A stretch of DNA of 57,625 nt, filler included, from Sphacelaria rigidula (lineage: Eukaryota): the NCBI GenBank assembly GCA_964200075.2. It is 4 parts of 4 records of this genome, joined end to end, with 100 filler letters (N's around TTAATTAATTAA, not from the genome) between each part and the next. Parts side by side here need not be neighbours in the genome. Positions count along the whole stretch, not along the records: positions 14,436 to 28,769 come from CAXNAA020002309.1; positions 28,870 to 43,198 come from CAXNAA020002310.1; 2 more parts are not named here. The stretch is one strand, 5' to 3'. Position 1 is the first letter of the stretch. Every line of letters starts with the position of its first letter. Below are positions 24,401 to 35,773 of the stretch, piece by piece. Position numbers and translations under genes: made by a program. The notes below the pieces were generated by a model. It worked only from the letters and a program-made list of their open reading frames with translations. It was not told the origin of the DNA and did no database searches.

Positions 24401-27102
24401 AACATTGACGAACATCTTTCAAATTTGGGACCCTTTTTTTAAACATTGTCTTGTCAGATATTGCACTCCGTTTAGAACAACGTCTCAAACGTTGTCAGAT
24501 GATGTATTCGTGTAGAACAAGACCCTTTTCAAAACAAATTGCCTGTATCTGAAAACACACGCAGATTGTTTTCTGTTCTGTCGGAGGAGGTATGCATATG
24601 TTTGTTTCATAACACGCTTCGACGTGCGTTACTGAATTTTGTTCTTGTATTCCATTCAAATTTGTTTTGTTTTTCGAAAACCTCGGGCCACAGTTTTCGG
24701 ATACCTGTTATGGACTATGCTCTGCTCACCCATGTTGCGAGGAATATTGACATAGCGGAGATGCGATTTCCAAACGCTTTTTTTTGGGAATTTGCAAGGT
24801 GATTCCCCTGTGACTTTCTCATCATCTGTGATGAATGAACTTTGAAGGCATCGATCGCCATCTTCCACGCTCCTCACCTTGGGCGCTCGTTCCTATATCA
24901 CTCACCAATTGAAACACCACTTGAATCAATAGGAGCTACTTGGAAAACACTAAGCCTGGATACGGCGATGTGGAGATGTACGACGTGTGGTCAGTGGATC
25001 GCGAGGGCGAGGCCGACCGTTTCGCGGAGCACGACAAGATCACCAACCGGAAGCTGCTGTGGCATGGGACCAACGGTACGAGGAGAATCTGTGTGTACAC
25101 TACAGACAGTATACACTTGCATGTTTCCATGCTCTTTGTTGTTTTTTGTTTCCGTTAGTGTTATTGTTAGTGTTAGGGTTATCGTTATTGTTATTGTTAT
25201 TGTTATTGTTATTGTTAGTCACCTTTGGTATGTTTGTTATATTTTTTGTTATATTGTTATTTTGTTATTTTGTTATTGTCATCGTTATTTTTTGTTATCT
25301 GTTGTTATTTTTCTTGTCATTTTCCTTTGTACTTACTATCATTTTTGTTATTGTTCTTATATTGTTCTTATTTTTGTTATCTCCGTGATTTATGTTTTTA
25401 TTTTTGCTTTTTTTAATTTCTTTTTTTTTGTTTCGTTGTTTTTGTTTTTCGTTGTGTTGTCTTGTAGTTGTCATCATTGATATCACTGACTATTCTTATC
25501 ATTGTCATCATCATTGTCATATAATAAACAACGCGCGTTCTACTATCGATGTGCAATCCTTGACATACAAGCAGGTGTGTCAGATATAATAGAGGGTGAT
25601 AATCGCAGTATTTTTGCTGTCAACTGTCTTGTGAATGTTTGCTGAAGACCCAACATGCGCTCAAAAGAGCAAGAATAGAGCAAATTACAAGTGTGTGATA
25701 ACGGTCTGCAAGGGTGTTTACTCACGACCAGCACTCCGCATCTTCTTTGTAAATAATGAAAATGGTATGTCACCATTTTCCAACGCCACGGCTACTCTTA
25801 TTCGTGTGCCATTTCCCGACTTCTACAGTTGCAGTGGTCGCTGCCATCGTGAAGAGCGGTCTCCGTATCATGCCCCACTCTGGCGGGCGGGTTGGACGCG
25901 GTATCTACCTGGCTTCGGAGAACGCGAAGAGGTGAACGGAATGTTCGACTGTACTGTACTACGTTCAATGTGATCTGTAGGGTTTAGAACATACTTGTCG
26001 TTCAGGATAATCTGTAGGGTTTCGAACATGCTTGTTGTTCAGGAAGATCTGTAAAATGTTCAGAACATCGTTGTCGTTCAGGATGATCTGTAGGGTTTAG
26101 AATTACGTGTCGTTCAGGAAGATCTGTACGGTGTGGAATATTACGTTTCTTGCTCAGGAGGACCTGCAGGGTTTAGAAAAATCGATTACAGGTGGCACGA
26201 AATCTGCCCTCGTCATGATGAACTATTATTTTCCCAAATCAGTCATGTGGCAGAGGCCGACCACTTTCATTTTTTTTTTGTCTTTGTCTACTCTGTTTTT
26301 CTTTATTTTGTCATGTCTTTGTTTCTTTGTTTTTTGTTTCCTTTTTTTTCTTTGTCCTTGTCTTTGTCCTTGTCTTTGTCTACTCTGTTTGGCTATTGTA
26401 CCTCTTCTGTGTTTCTTCACTTGTTTCAGCGAAACTTACAGTCTTGTTTTGTCTCGGATACGTCTATCTCGTGCATAATGACTACAACTGGATCATGACT
26501 ACCTGGGAGATTAAGTAGAGTGCGACAATCGAATCAATCAGTCAAGTGTCTCATATCACTTGTCATGTCGGTTGTGTGACAACTTGGGAGTGATGCTGCG
26601 GTAGGGGTGCACAAACATTTTCTGAGTTCAAAGTTGTTAGGAGTCCTATATCTCATTCAAAACTCGACTTATGAAAATATGTGAGAGTACGCCAGGATCA
26701 CTGTTCCAATATGCTGGGGATATCCCGAATGAGTTTGCAAACAGGGATGCTCTGCGACCCATATTTTCTTGTGCATCTAGAATCACTGGGAGCCCCTGAA
26801 TCGGACAAGACTTTGTACAAAAGGTGCATCCCTACTGTAGCGTTGCTCTTGGTTGCCTCATGTGATTGATCTCCACGCTTGAAAAAAATATCACCCTAGC
26901 TTGCGGTTGCATTTACTCATTTTCCCTCTGGCTCTTGAATTCCTCGTCGCTCGTTCTGGTGTCGATCAGCTTTGGGTACGTGCGGCCTGCCTACAGGGCG
27001 AAGGGGTCGAATAACGTGGGGATCATGTTTTTGTGCGAAGCGGCTCTCGGGAAGGAGGCCAGCATAACGGTCGACGACTGCAGGCTCACCGCGCCGCCCG
27101 CG
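14594..27102 (+). CDS. PARP3: PARP3-like ADP-ribosyltransferase with WWE-like, (GK)n, WGR, helical regulatory and catalytic regions; 10 exons, both ends missing
   Basis: Exons, all GT-AG with compatible phases: 14594-14726 (WTYHVDLAQMTQTNV...KIRHIRR, WWE-like); 15584-15823 ((GK)n, YDAKMNQTNISANNNKFYILQ); 18744-18905 (WSRWGRVGE...FEKKFRDKTGNKWE, WGR); 21041-21246 (GKYELIE...CTLDSATKALVELVF); 21519-21705 (EDMFKSAM...KMPLGQLSKAQV...LSARFYQ); 21921-21989 (VIPHSFGRQRPPVI); 23862-24070 (ELLNVLQDI...HPTNVNYDLL); 24933-25075 (YLENT...VDREGE...NRKLLWHGTN); 25829-25931 (VAVVAAIVKSGLRIMPHSGGRVGRGIYLASENAKS); 26970-27102 (GYV...GIMFLCEAALGKE...LTAPPA). About 1585 nt of coding sequence. HGTNxAVVAAIxxSGLRIMPHSGGRVGxGIY is the PARP3-type signature with the short D-loop. 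The His and Tyr of the H-Y-E triad are present; the Glu-bearing exon lies outside the scaffold. Confidence 0.93.
15886..15980. repeat. High-copy short interspersed repeat (core GGTGCTCCGTCTCGAAAGGGATGCGTGGTCAATGGTCAAATGACTAAGGC)
   Basis: Copies at ~15886-15980 and ~17250-17330 (reverse), ~28595-28715 (two tandem), ~31790-31865 and 43157-43198. Piece C ends inside a copy and piece B ends ~55 bp after one. Confidence 0.85.
16499..16973. mobile_element. 475-bp foldback MITE with TTA target-site duplication (PIF/Harbinger-type) in PARP intron 2
   Basis: tta|GGCTGCTTCTTATAACAGACAAAAAT ... ATTTTTGTCTGTTATAAGAAGCGGCC|tta. The arms stay complementary almost to the centre near 16735 (e.g. ggtggccgcagttttcattttggccaaaca versus tgtttggccaaaataaaaactgcggccacc). 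Confidence 0.9.
19356..20122 (+). mobile_element. Internally deleted Tc1/mariner element (767 bp) with TA TSD, ~31-bp TIRs and a transposase N-terminal HTH remnant, in PARP intron 3
   Basis: ta|CTTCCTCGGAGACATAAGTTAGCTCGATTA ... TAATCGAGCTAATTAATGTGTTGGAGGAAG|ta. Frameshifted internal peptide RYGLAMEVALAIPPGKVRLPKGVAGPLAQRYGVDPEYPAQLWK / DLSTKPRSGRPSLLTP (HTH followed by the GRP linker). Confidence 0.8.
21423..21478. repeat. (TGT)n(TGC)n microsatellite just upstream of PARP exon 5
   Basis: Read directly; it produces the poly-L, poly-C and poly-N ORF artefacts. Confidence 0.9.
22219..22463. mobile_element. ~245-bp MITE family with ATGCTACGGTAGGGGTGCAC-type TIRs; three copies in PARP introns
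   Basis: Copy 22219-22463 (atgctatggtaggggtgcac...gtgcgcccctaccgtagcat), copy 26593-26843 and a truncated copy at ~20250-20420 share internal attttctgag(g)tt...aacttatgaaa...gagagtacgccagga. Confidence 0.8.
22741..23757. mobile_element. Unclassified interspersed element with asymmetric ends, associated with TA-rich sites
   Basis: Begins ACAAGGTTCCCCT...GGGGTGACGCAAGTCGAAAA and ends GGTGAAAAGTGTGAAATGATACATGTACAT. Homologous segments at ~41436-41822, ~42520-42930 and ~40935-40990 in piece C. Confidence 0.7.
24255..24400. repeat. 41-bp minisatellite in PARP intron 7
   Basis: tgttcattcagg/aacaagttcccaaaatgttgtccaac recurs at 24264, 24305 and 24346. Confidence 0.85.
25972..26180. repeat. ~37-bp minisatellite (about 6 units) in PARP intron 9
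   Basis: gatctgtagggtttagaacat..ttgtcgttcagga repeated with degeneracy. Confidence 0.85.
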
Positions 27103-27267
27103 GTAAGGGCGGTTGGTTCAATGTGTTTTACTATCATCAACGGTTTCATTTTCCTTGGTGAAAATATGGTTGTCCTGTGTTCGGTATGTACGGTATACGG
27201 GCTGAAATTGGGGTATTTCAATAAGTATGATATAGTAGGTGTTATATATAATAGTAATAACAGTAGA

Positions 27268-27330
<63 letters not shown>

Positions 27331-27352
27331 GTAATAATAATAGTAATAATAC
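27268..27352. repeat. (AAT)n microsatellite
   Basis: Read directly; it produces the poly-I and poly-Y ORF artefacts. Confidence 0.9.
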
Positions 27353-28769
27353 CCTTCCGAACCGTACTGTACTAATTGTTCGGAACAGGGGTTAGATACC
27401 CTGCCGGACAACACCGGAATGTTTCGGTACACATTCGGTCAGTGTTATCCTCCTCGTGTTTACTTTTTTGCTACAGCTCGGAGATCAAACTGGGACATGT
27501 CATCAACGGCCAGTTCGGGTAACTTCCGTTGGAATCCCGAGATATGACCTTTTTCTCCACAAGAATTTGGTCTCTGTCGCCTGAAGCATGAGGGTATGAG
27601 GAAACTAGAATTATGAAATTCCACGACTGTCGAGACTCTCCGGGAGCGGTGATCCAGCGCTTTCGTTTTTGTTCAGTTTACCTCGTTTGTTCTGTATCCC
27701 CCCCCCATTTTGATTTTTTTTTTCGTGTTCTCTCCCTTTTTGTCGAATTTCCTCTTAGCCGTTGTTATTCGGTTTTATTCACCTCGGGTATATGGACCTT
27801 GTGTGACAACGGCTGGGGATCAGCTCGTGTGCGACAATCGATCGATAATTGAATTCATCAATGCATCAATGCATCAATGCATCAATTCATCAATTCATCA
27901 ATCAATCGGGCAGGTATCGAGGAAGATATACATGCGGTGTTTGTTGCCTTCAGACTACTGTCACGGACAGGTACAGCACCGATGTATGAATTGAAGGTCG
28001 GCACCGATAGACACAGATGGGCACACTACCAATATAGGCAGCGTCAGACATCAGTAGGCACGAACAGGCACAATTCCAATCGTCACCCCCTATCAGGTAT
28101 CACCCCTTATCGATACGTCACTGATTCAAAAAAAGAACATGATCTTGCAAAGTATGCTCGAGCAAGGGTTTCTGGTGGTGATTATTCGATATTCTGTGTA
28201 ACCGTTTGACCGCTCGGGTCACTTTGTTGGATGATGAACGGAGGGGAATTTAGGGCAGGGGGTCCCGGATACCTGTTTTTGGTGCAGAGACAACGCTTAC
28301 AACGAGAAGGCCGTTGCTACGCGTATGCTGCACGTCATGGTGCAGTTGTTCGTGCACAAAATACGACCGGGGAAGCAGTGACGTGGGAAGTACAGGAAGA
28401 CAGTATAGCGTTGGTCGCGCCAGCGGGACATGTGGCCATGCATGCGCGGAGATGTCATGGCTTGTGCATGATAGCTGTGGCGCGCAGCACATGTGTGACA
28501 GCATCCCTTTGTATGTAGGCGTTCTCTCCCTTACAAACGAACCTCCAACCCTCCCCCCCCGTTCTTGTTGGAGACGTCTCTAATAGGAACACGGACGGTA
28601 CTCTTTCTCGAAGGGGATGTGTCGCAAATGGTCAAATGACTTTGGCATGCATGCTCATGAGTACACCCCTAGTAGGAACGGTGCTCTGTCTCGAAAGGGA
28701 TGCGTGGTCAATGTGGAATAAGGTGGGATGAAGAAGTCGGGAAAGTGTGGAAGGAGATAGGCGGAAACC

Positions 28770-28869
28770 NNNNNNNNNNNNNNNNNNNNNNNNNNNNNNN
28801 NNNNNNNNNNNNNTTAATTAATTAANNNNNNNNNNNNNNNNNNNNNNNNNNNNNNNNNNNNNNNNNNNN
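28770..28869. other. Artificial scaffold spacer N44-TTAATTAATTAA-N44
   Basis: Same 100-bp structure as the spacer at 14336. Confidence 0.98.
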
Positions 28870-29184
28870 CCCCCCTACAAACGCAGTATGTGAAAGATAT
28901 ATATATACACACATATATATATATATATGGACTCTAGAATTGCCTGTGGCGGAATTTCAGCGTTACACCGCTGTGACTATACAAAGCTGAGTTTGATGCT
29001 GTTCAATGCGTGGTCTCGCGGCGGTCGGGTACTTGTGTGATGTGCTCCTTATCATCTCTTCAAGTTACTCAAACATTTCCGTCAATAACATCCACAATGG
29101 AGCCTTGGCAGTACCCTTGCTTTGTCGTCAACGAACGCAGTGCACCCCACTTGATTTTGTGTTTAGGACTGTAGTAAGTCTTAC

Positions 29185-29262
29185 CTCCATCTTTGGCAGT
29201 GTTGCTGGTGAAAGTTGTATCGCCATCGATAGTCATGCTGCTGTTAAATACGCTGACAGCAC
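29185..29262 (-). CDS. Pmp/adhesin-like beta-helix repeat exon (78 nt, phase 1-1)
   Basis: ctgcAG|GT GCT GTC AGC...GAT GGA G|GTaag, encoding (G)AVSVFNSSMTIDGDTTFTSNTAKDG(G), with the GGA(I/V) and FxxN motifs. Confidence 0.75.
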
Positions 29263-32200
29263 CTGCAGCGAGAACCCGACGCACGCAGAAGTTAGATGCA
29301 CCTGGGTGATGGGGTGTTACATCTGCAACACGACATTTGGAATGCGCTGGGTGAGGTGGAAATCTCCATGTTGACATTTCTCACCTCGCGATGCTCTTAT
29401 TTACGTACCCGCCATGTCTCAGCGATGGATGGAAACGTAGCATCGAAACGAAAACGACGGTGGTGAATGTTTCCGCACTGGAAATGCGGTGGATAGTTCG
29501 GAGCTCCGCGAACGTTGGTTTGAACGCGATTATTGCTGCCCCGTTCATCGATGCCTCCCTCTTCCGAGCTTCACCCAAACTTAGAGCGGTGCTATTATAT
29601 TGTAGTGCCACTTGCCGGACGACGCACGGTAGTGCTTCGTTCGAGCACGCAATTGGGGATCTGAGCAAAACGAGAATAGCTTAGGAATGCTCCATTTCCC
29701 TGTTGAAGGACCATATACGTCAACTTATCGGCGACACCCACCCGATTTCCAAACAGACGCCATGTGACGATGTCCTAGGTCACCATAAACTTTGGAAGGA
29801 TGGCCCCTGCGTGCGTCTTGGGGAGGGGGCTAATCTCAGGCGAGGTATCATCCCCTCAGACGATTCTTTTTCCAGAGCATAGTGGAGGGAGAGCTCCGCA
29901 TACTCAGGAAATGTCTGAGGGAATACGTCAATTCGAAACCTCCACCGTTATGGTGGCATCGCATGCGTATCTTGCCAACAATCAAAGTGCCGGAGTGCAT
30001 CACTGAAGCCGAACAAACACGTTTCTGATTTTATGGTAAAGCACGCCGACAAGCAACTAGAACAATTCCACCGAAACGGGGCGAACTTCACAGAGAGGGT
30101 TTTTCCTTCGGAAGCTCGGCATCCCGCACGGTAAACTTTCATCGCGCATTGATGGTCATGCCACACGTGAAGGAACAGCTCGCAAGATAGGACTGGCTAC
30201 GGAGGATTGTGACAAAACAAGTCCCCAGCAGCCATGAGGATCGTTCCGTGGTCCAAGAACAAAACACAGAACAGTCCTGTGCGTTGTGTAGTGTCTCCCG
30301 CATGTAGTTCCTTGAAAAAAAAAAAGGCGAGGCATGGAAATGAACACGTTGTGAAGGAGGAACGCCGAAAAGCGGGGGAAGGGCAAGCGTTGTGTCCAAT
30401 CGGGTGAGCTCCGTCCTCTCAAGGTCTTGTGCAGCCGTTGCATGTGCCTGGCAGACCGAAGGCACGTGTTTCGAGTGCAGTATGTTGGCCGTGCGGGGAA
30501 ACGCGAAGTAATCTCGCATGGGGTAGGCCAGGCATAACGTGCATTTGGTCGGTAACCATCAAACCCATTCGTTCCCGAAATCCTCCGGTAGTTCGTCCAC
30601 GGTAGCGTTCAGGATGAAGGGAGGAGCTTGTCCCCTACGTACACCACAAGAGCTCCCCCGCTGTCGTGTTTGACAAGTACAATAGGGACGCTATGACGTG
30701 AGATAGAAATCACTTACATTATATTTGGTGTCACGAGTGTCGATAAAAATACGGATATTAAAAAAAACTTCAACCAGCATAATGAACAAAAATCCCCCCG
30801 TGCAAGATAGAACGTGTGCACGACTAGATGAAACATTTTTTCAAGAGGCGAAAATATAAGCGCGGAAACAAGAGTATGCAGTTTCTCCTTCACATAGGAT
30901 AAGAATTTCTGACGGAACCTGATTAAGAACTTCGTACAGTAAGCAGCACGTTGCGGTACTACCTCCTGCGGTGAGGGCAACAGGTGCACACAGCTTGAAC
31001 GTAAGGAAGTGGCGCGTTTGTTCATTTGCACCAGTTTGCGGGCACGACGCGCGTTGAATGTGACGTGTTCAAGGTGAGGTACGCCTGACGCAGCAATGTT
31101 TGCCTTCTCGAACCTTAACTGATCTATGTGTTTACAGCGGGGCGCTGACTCTTAGCCTGGTTCGGATTTCAATTATAAATTTATGAACAGGGATAATCTT
31201 ATGGATTGGAATGGAGAAGGGGGAAGTAGAAGGGAGAAGGAAATTGGTTAGGTGACAGCAAACGTATCGGGAAGAGGTCATTCCTTGTGGTCGGCTAGGG
31301 GTTGTTTCGCTTAGCCCGCGGAAGGAATGAGATACAGCAGACGTGTGTTATCGTGCAAGCTGCCCTTGGTTGCTTGCTGTTTTCTCTTTTTCGTAGTGTT
31401 CCTCTCTCCGTCGATGCCAAGTGAGAAAAGATCATGCGAGCGGAGGATTTACGGCAGCTTTCAGCTGCAAAGATTCATCCTTGTAATTTCTCCGTACTTA
31501 CAGTTTTCAATAGTTTTGTCGCGTGCCATAGTTCATCCCAATGATCGTCTGATCTTGGAATTTGGGGATCGGAAGATACCACGCATCCGCTCCACATTCC
31601 ACAGCAAAAATCGTCTCTGCCCTCAATATTGAACGACTTACTGGCTGAATTGACAGGGGGTGTTTCATTGACCCCTTTGGTCCAAAACATGCTTTTCTCA
31701 CTTTAGCGCAATAAGTTGGCGAAACAAAGAAGAAAGGTGCGTAAAAATATTCACGAGGGCGACTGGGATTGGTTTTTCCCCCTCTTGCTCGGTGCTCCGT
31801 CTCGAAAGGGATGCGTGGTCAATGGTCAAATGACTAAGGCAAACAACAAATGAGTGCGCCCCCCTCTTGCTATGCAGAGCTCGGTTGGGCACTTTTCGTA
31901 GTTGGAGACTGATCTGAACTTTCCCGTATGGCGTCCTCCCTTCTCAATATAAGGTCCTAGCGTCGATAGATATTGCAGGGAAAAGGTGTGTCATGCTTAG
32001 AACACAATACTCAGTTTGTGTTGTCGGGGTGATACGGAGTAAACACAATGTGTATCAAGGGTGTTACCGATCGTCACTGGTCCAAAAGAGACATTTCTTC
32101 GTCTCAAAAGCAACAAATAGGCATGGCTTTGAAAAAATACTCCCCTTTACATTTGTTTACGAAAACGATCGGGGTTGCTTCAAACGGGCAAAAATACCCA

Positions 32201-32959
32201 AAAGGATCAGAATTCTGGGGATGGGTAGTTGTTGCACCCCCGAAAACAGGTCGTCCCCTTGGTCGTCCAACGATGAGTGCACGGATGATTTTGTTCCCGA
32301 ATATAGCGCGGATGCCTAGAATCTCCTACTCCTGCAAACTGTGGAACCAACGTTCCCCGGGATGAGGGACGGCATGCGAAAACTCAGAAGAAAATCACGA
32401 TAAAGTCACAGAAATCCCCTATATTTTAGCAGGTAACCATTGCAGGGTGAAAGTTCGACCGCATGCCTGAGGAGTCATGGTTGTGTGCTAGGTGTTATTC
32501 AACGCCGCTCCCCGCCTTTTCCTTTTTCCCGTATGCACAGCCAAAAATCACCTCCCTCCCCCATTGTTTCAGACTCCCTTAAAAAAAACGTGTACACACT
32601 GTCCTTGAGATAGTTTGTTCCTCCATATTCATCCACGAATCCTTTTAGGGTATGTCCGATTGTTCTCACGAGTCGCTCATACCTGACCACGCTCGACTGT
32701 CATGCCCAAGCGGCGAAATTTGTACGCGAACAGATTAAGCATGCTGTGGAGCAAAGACGTGCGCAATGGACACATGCATTATCGGTGAGCCCTTCAATCT
32801 TCACCGGGAATATGGCACCGTTCTCCTTGTAGCAGCCGAATTAAACCCTCGACACCGAGGTCGACTGACAACAGGCGGGCGGAAGTTCGCAACGCAGTCA
32901 TCTGTAAGGTGTGGAATTTTGTATACTCGAGATAATTTTACTTGTACTACTCTAACCTC

Positions 32960-33240
32960 ACAATTCTGCGACTTTTGTAACACTTCATACCAGTACCCGA
33001 CACTATTGTAACGTCAGTCAAACTGTCATACTCCTACCCGATTGTTCTGTGAGTTCTGCACCACAAGTCTCTCATAGCCGTACTCGATAAATCGGGGAGT
33101 TATGTAAACCTCTCATACCCTACCCGACAGGTTCTGTAACTTCTGTAAAATTACTATACCGGTACCCGATAGCTCCGTAAATTTTGTATGTTCTGCAAGT
33201 AATATCATACCCTACCGGAGATACTCGTACCTTGCAGAAT
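32960..33240. repeat. Degenerate tandem repeat (tcataccctacccg...ttctgt(g/a)a.ttctg)
   Basis: The motif recurs at ~32985, 33027, 33114 and 33206. Confidence 0.6.
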
Positions 33241-35563
33241 GTTGCCCTGGAAGTTTGCACCAGAGCTTCTGCGCTGTTCCACAAGTTTAAAGTAGGCATG
33301 ATGTGATTCTGTGTCTCACAGAGGCTTACTGCCAAGAGCTCATGGCCGCGCGAAGACTGTGGAAGGAATGGGAGTGTTTTTCAAATCAGCGAATGGAAAT
33401 TTCTGAAACTATCGCGGCAGTTGATCGATGTGACAGCGGGAAGGACGGACAAACGACATACAAATATCGGGTTCGACATGCCCGTGGTAATGGGCGCAGC
33501 TCCGAGGCCTGAGTACAGTAGACCGGCGGTTATGCTTCTTGTACTGTGCAGTTCCGAACTAGATGACATTCACAATGGCTGAAGGTGTCGACAGTCCATT
33601 TAGAATGGTGTAAAGCTCCGTGTCTTTCAAATTTGCGGGGAAAGGGCGCATACAAACCCACTTGACGTCACTCGTGCTCGTGGAATACGCCGAAAGAGAA
33701 AGTAGCGATGCTCACAGAGTTTATAACCTCTCTCTCGCCATGATGTAATTGAAATCATGATGGCGTGCACTTCAAAAAATCTAAAGGCGAAAAGAGAAAA
33801 TCGCGTTCGGAACAATAATACTTCGGTAACTTCATCAGGTTCAGCTTCAGCTCAATGCCACCTCTGACCGAAAAAGGTTTACAACGCTTCCCTTCACTGC
33901 TCTCCCTCTTCTGTTCCCGAACGCGCATTGAAAGAGTCAGCAAAGATCTGACATCGACCCCGCTCGAAACATGAATGTATGCACTTGCTGAGGTCGAAGT
34001 ACATAGCGTTTGGATGTGGTTTTACACGACGTGTGGCAAGCTAGATTTTTCAGCCATTGACGTCCTGAACTCTCAGGCGTTTGCACCAAAGTAAAGATGC
34101 AATGGTCGGCCTTAACGCAGTGCTTCACATGATGAAGTACCGTATGTATTTCATGGATGACGATTTCGAAGGTTCGAATGTCCAGTATACTCTTGAACAT
34201 TTCCGCAATCTTTCCCCGAGCTCTTCATGTTCCCTGGCTCATCGAAACGTACAGAGGTCAATACTTCCGGATCCAACGAGAACGGTACCGCACGGATACT
34301 TGTACTCAGAGGGCAAACACCCCAGTTCGGTGCTCGCTCCATCCGACGTGTTTCTTGTTTCCCCCGTATTTTGGATTTGTTGGATTGCGCGACGTAGCGC
34401 TACCTGCTGATGCGTCGAGCACGTCCGATGGCACTCGCTGTACCGAGAGATACTGACTACATTCCTAGTAATAAACCGGGTTTCACTCCGCAGAGATGTG
34501 CTGTCACAGGCACATCTTGTACAATACCTTTCGAAGATTGAATCGTATTTTTGTTTTGTTTTTTCCTTTTTTATTTCAGGTCCGCCATCTCTTTCTGGGC
34601 TTTACTTTTGTTTTTGGTGTTTTTTTACGTCATAATCGACTATGTCGTTGTATTCGACTCTTCTTTTTGCTCTTTCTTTTTCCTGAGCGAGTGTTTTAGT
34701 TTTGCTTTTTTTTGGTACGTTTATTATGCAACCATGGCTGGATCCATGGGTTGTCAGTTAAAGTGCGACAATCAAATCAAAGTCAAAATCAAATATGCAC
34801 CATCTGTTCACAGGAGACTACGTCGTCATTGTCAACAGGTACTTGATACAGGATGCAAAAGCATCGGCCATCATCACACCGCATGTCCAACCAAACGATA
34901 TACCGAAATACAATCAACAGAACATGAGCGGCATGCGTGTGGCGAGAACATGAAGCGGCGCCTAACTATCAGAGTGGAGCCACACTACACAAAGATCGAT
35001 CAATCTAGGTGCGTACAGTGATAGATGGCTGTTGGATTCGATAGTCACTCACTTCCATTCCAAAACATGAATCTATTCGGGGGTGAAAGGAGGGACCCGA
35101 CGTGATTCAATGCAAAGTCCCGCGGTTTCCGTTCACTTTCCCAATGCGCTCCTTATGACTCTTTTCCAAACTCTCAAGTTCCCCCAAACGTATTTGATAT
35201 TCACCGAGTCTCCCTCCAACCACACGACGTCCTGGGTGCCATTGTATGTGAGATACATACATGTAGATGAAAGGAAGTCGCGGTCGGCACTGCGTCATCA
35301 TGACGCACAGGCATATCTTGAACAAGCCGCCAACCTTCTTGAAGGTCAATCCTTCCTCTTTGTGTTTCGTTCGTGATTCAGCATCCAAACTAGCCGGCAA
35401 AGGCTAACAAGTGACGGCGAAACACGACGGGTCTACCATATTGTTCTGGTATAACTTTGCCGCGGTCTAGACATGTAGGGATCCCAGCTGCGCTTCCTAC
35501 CGCTCTCACAGAATGGTGCGATTCGAATGGTCGATTAATGACACGATTTTCTGGTGACATTAG

Positions 35564-35773
35564 TGTAGCGCGTGAGAGGACCGCGTACTTAGAGGACCGC
35601 ATCTGAATTTGAGCATCCCTATGTTAGGGTTAGGGTCAGGATCAGTGTTGGGGTTAGGGTCACGGGTGTGGTCCCTGCAAGGATTGGCTCGATTGGTTTC
35701 GAAAAACGTCGATCCTGGGTTTTCTTGGACTACGGCGCGGTCCTCCAAGCACGCGGTCCTCTCACGCATTACA
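35564..35773. mobile_element. 210-bp MITE with TGTA...TACA ends, ~37-bp TIRs, 5-bp ATTAG TSD and internal TTAGGG-like repeats
   Basis: attag|TGTAGCGCGTGAGAGGACCGCGTACTTAGAGGACCGC ... GCGGTCCTCCAAGCACGCGGTCCTCTCACGCATTACA|attag. A related reverse copy lies at ~39590-39780. Confidence 0.8.

Noticed and set aside
25130-25520. Hydrophobic membrane-protein-like ORFs (also 26107-26518, 11998-12345 and 34551-35021)
   Set aside because: These are translations of T-rich low-complexity or microsatellite intronic sequence.
29408-29480. Fifth Pmp-type exon (minus strand, ends ...HGG|gtacgt)
   Set aside because: It lacks GAI and FxxN and the donor phase differs from the four good cassettes; at best a decayed pseudo-exon.
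33300-35400. Short ORFs that might be viral or transposase remnants (also 3100-3600 and 37419-37866)
   Set aside because: No motif I can identify, and the frames are short and interrupted; a BLASTX search would be needed.
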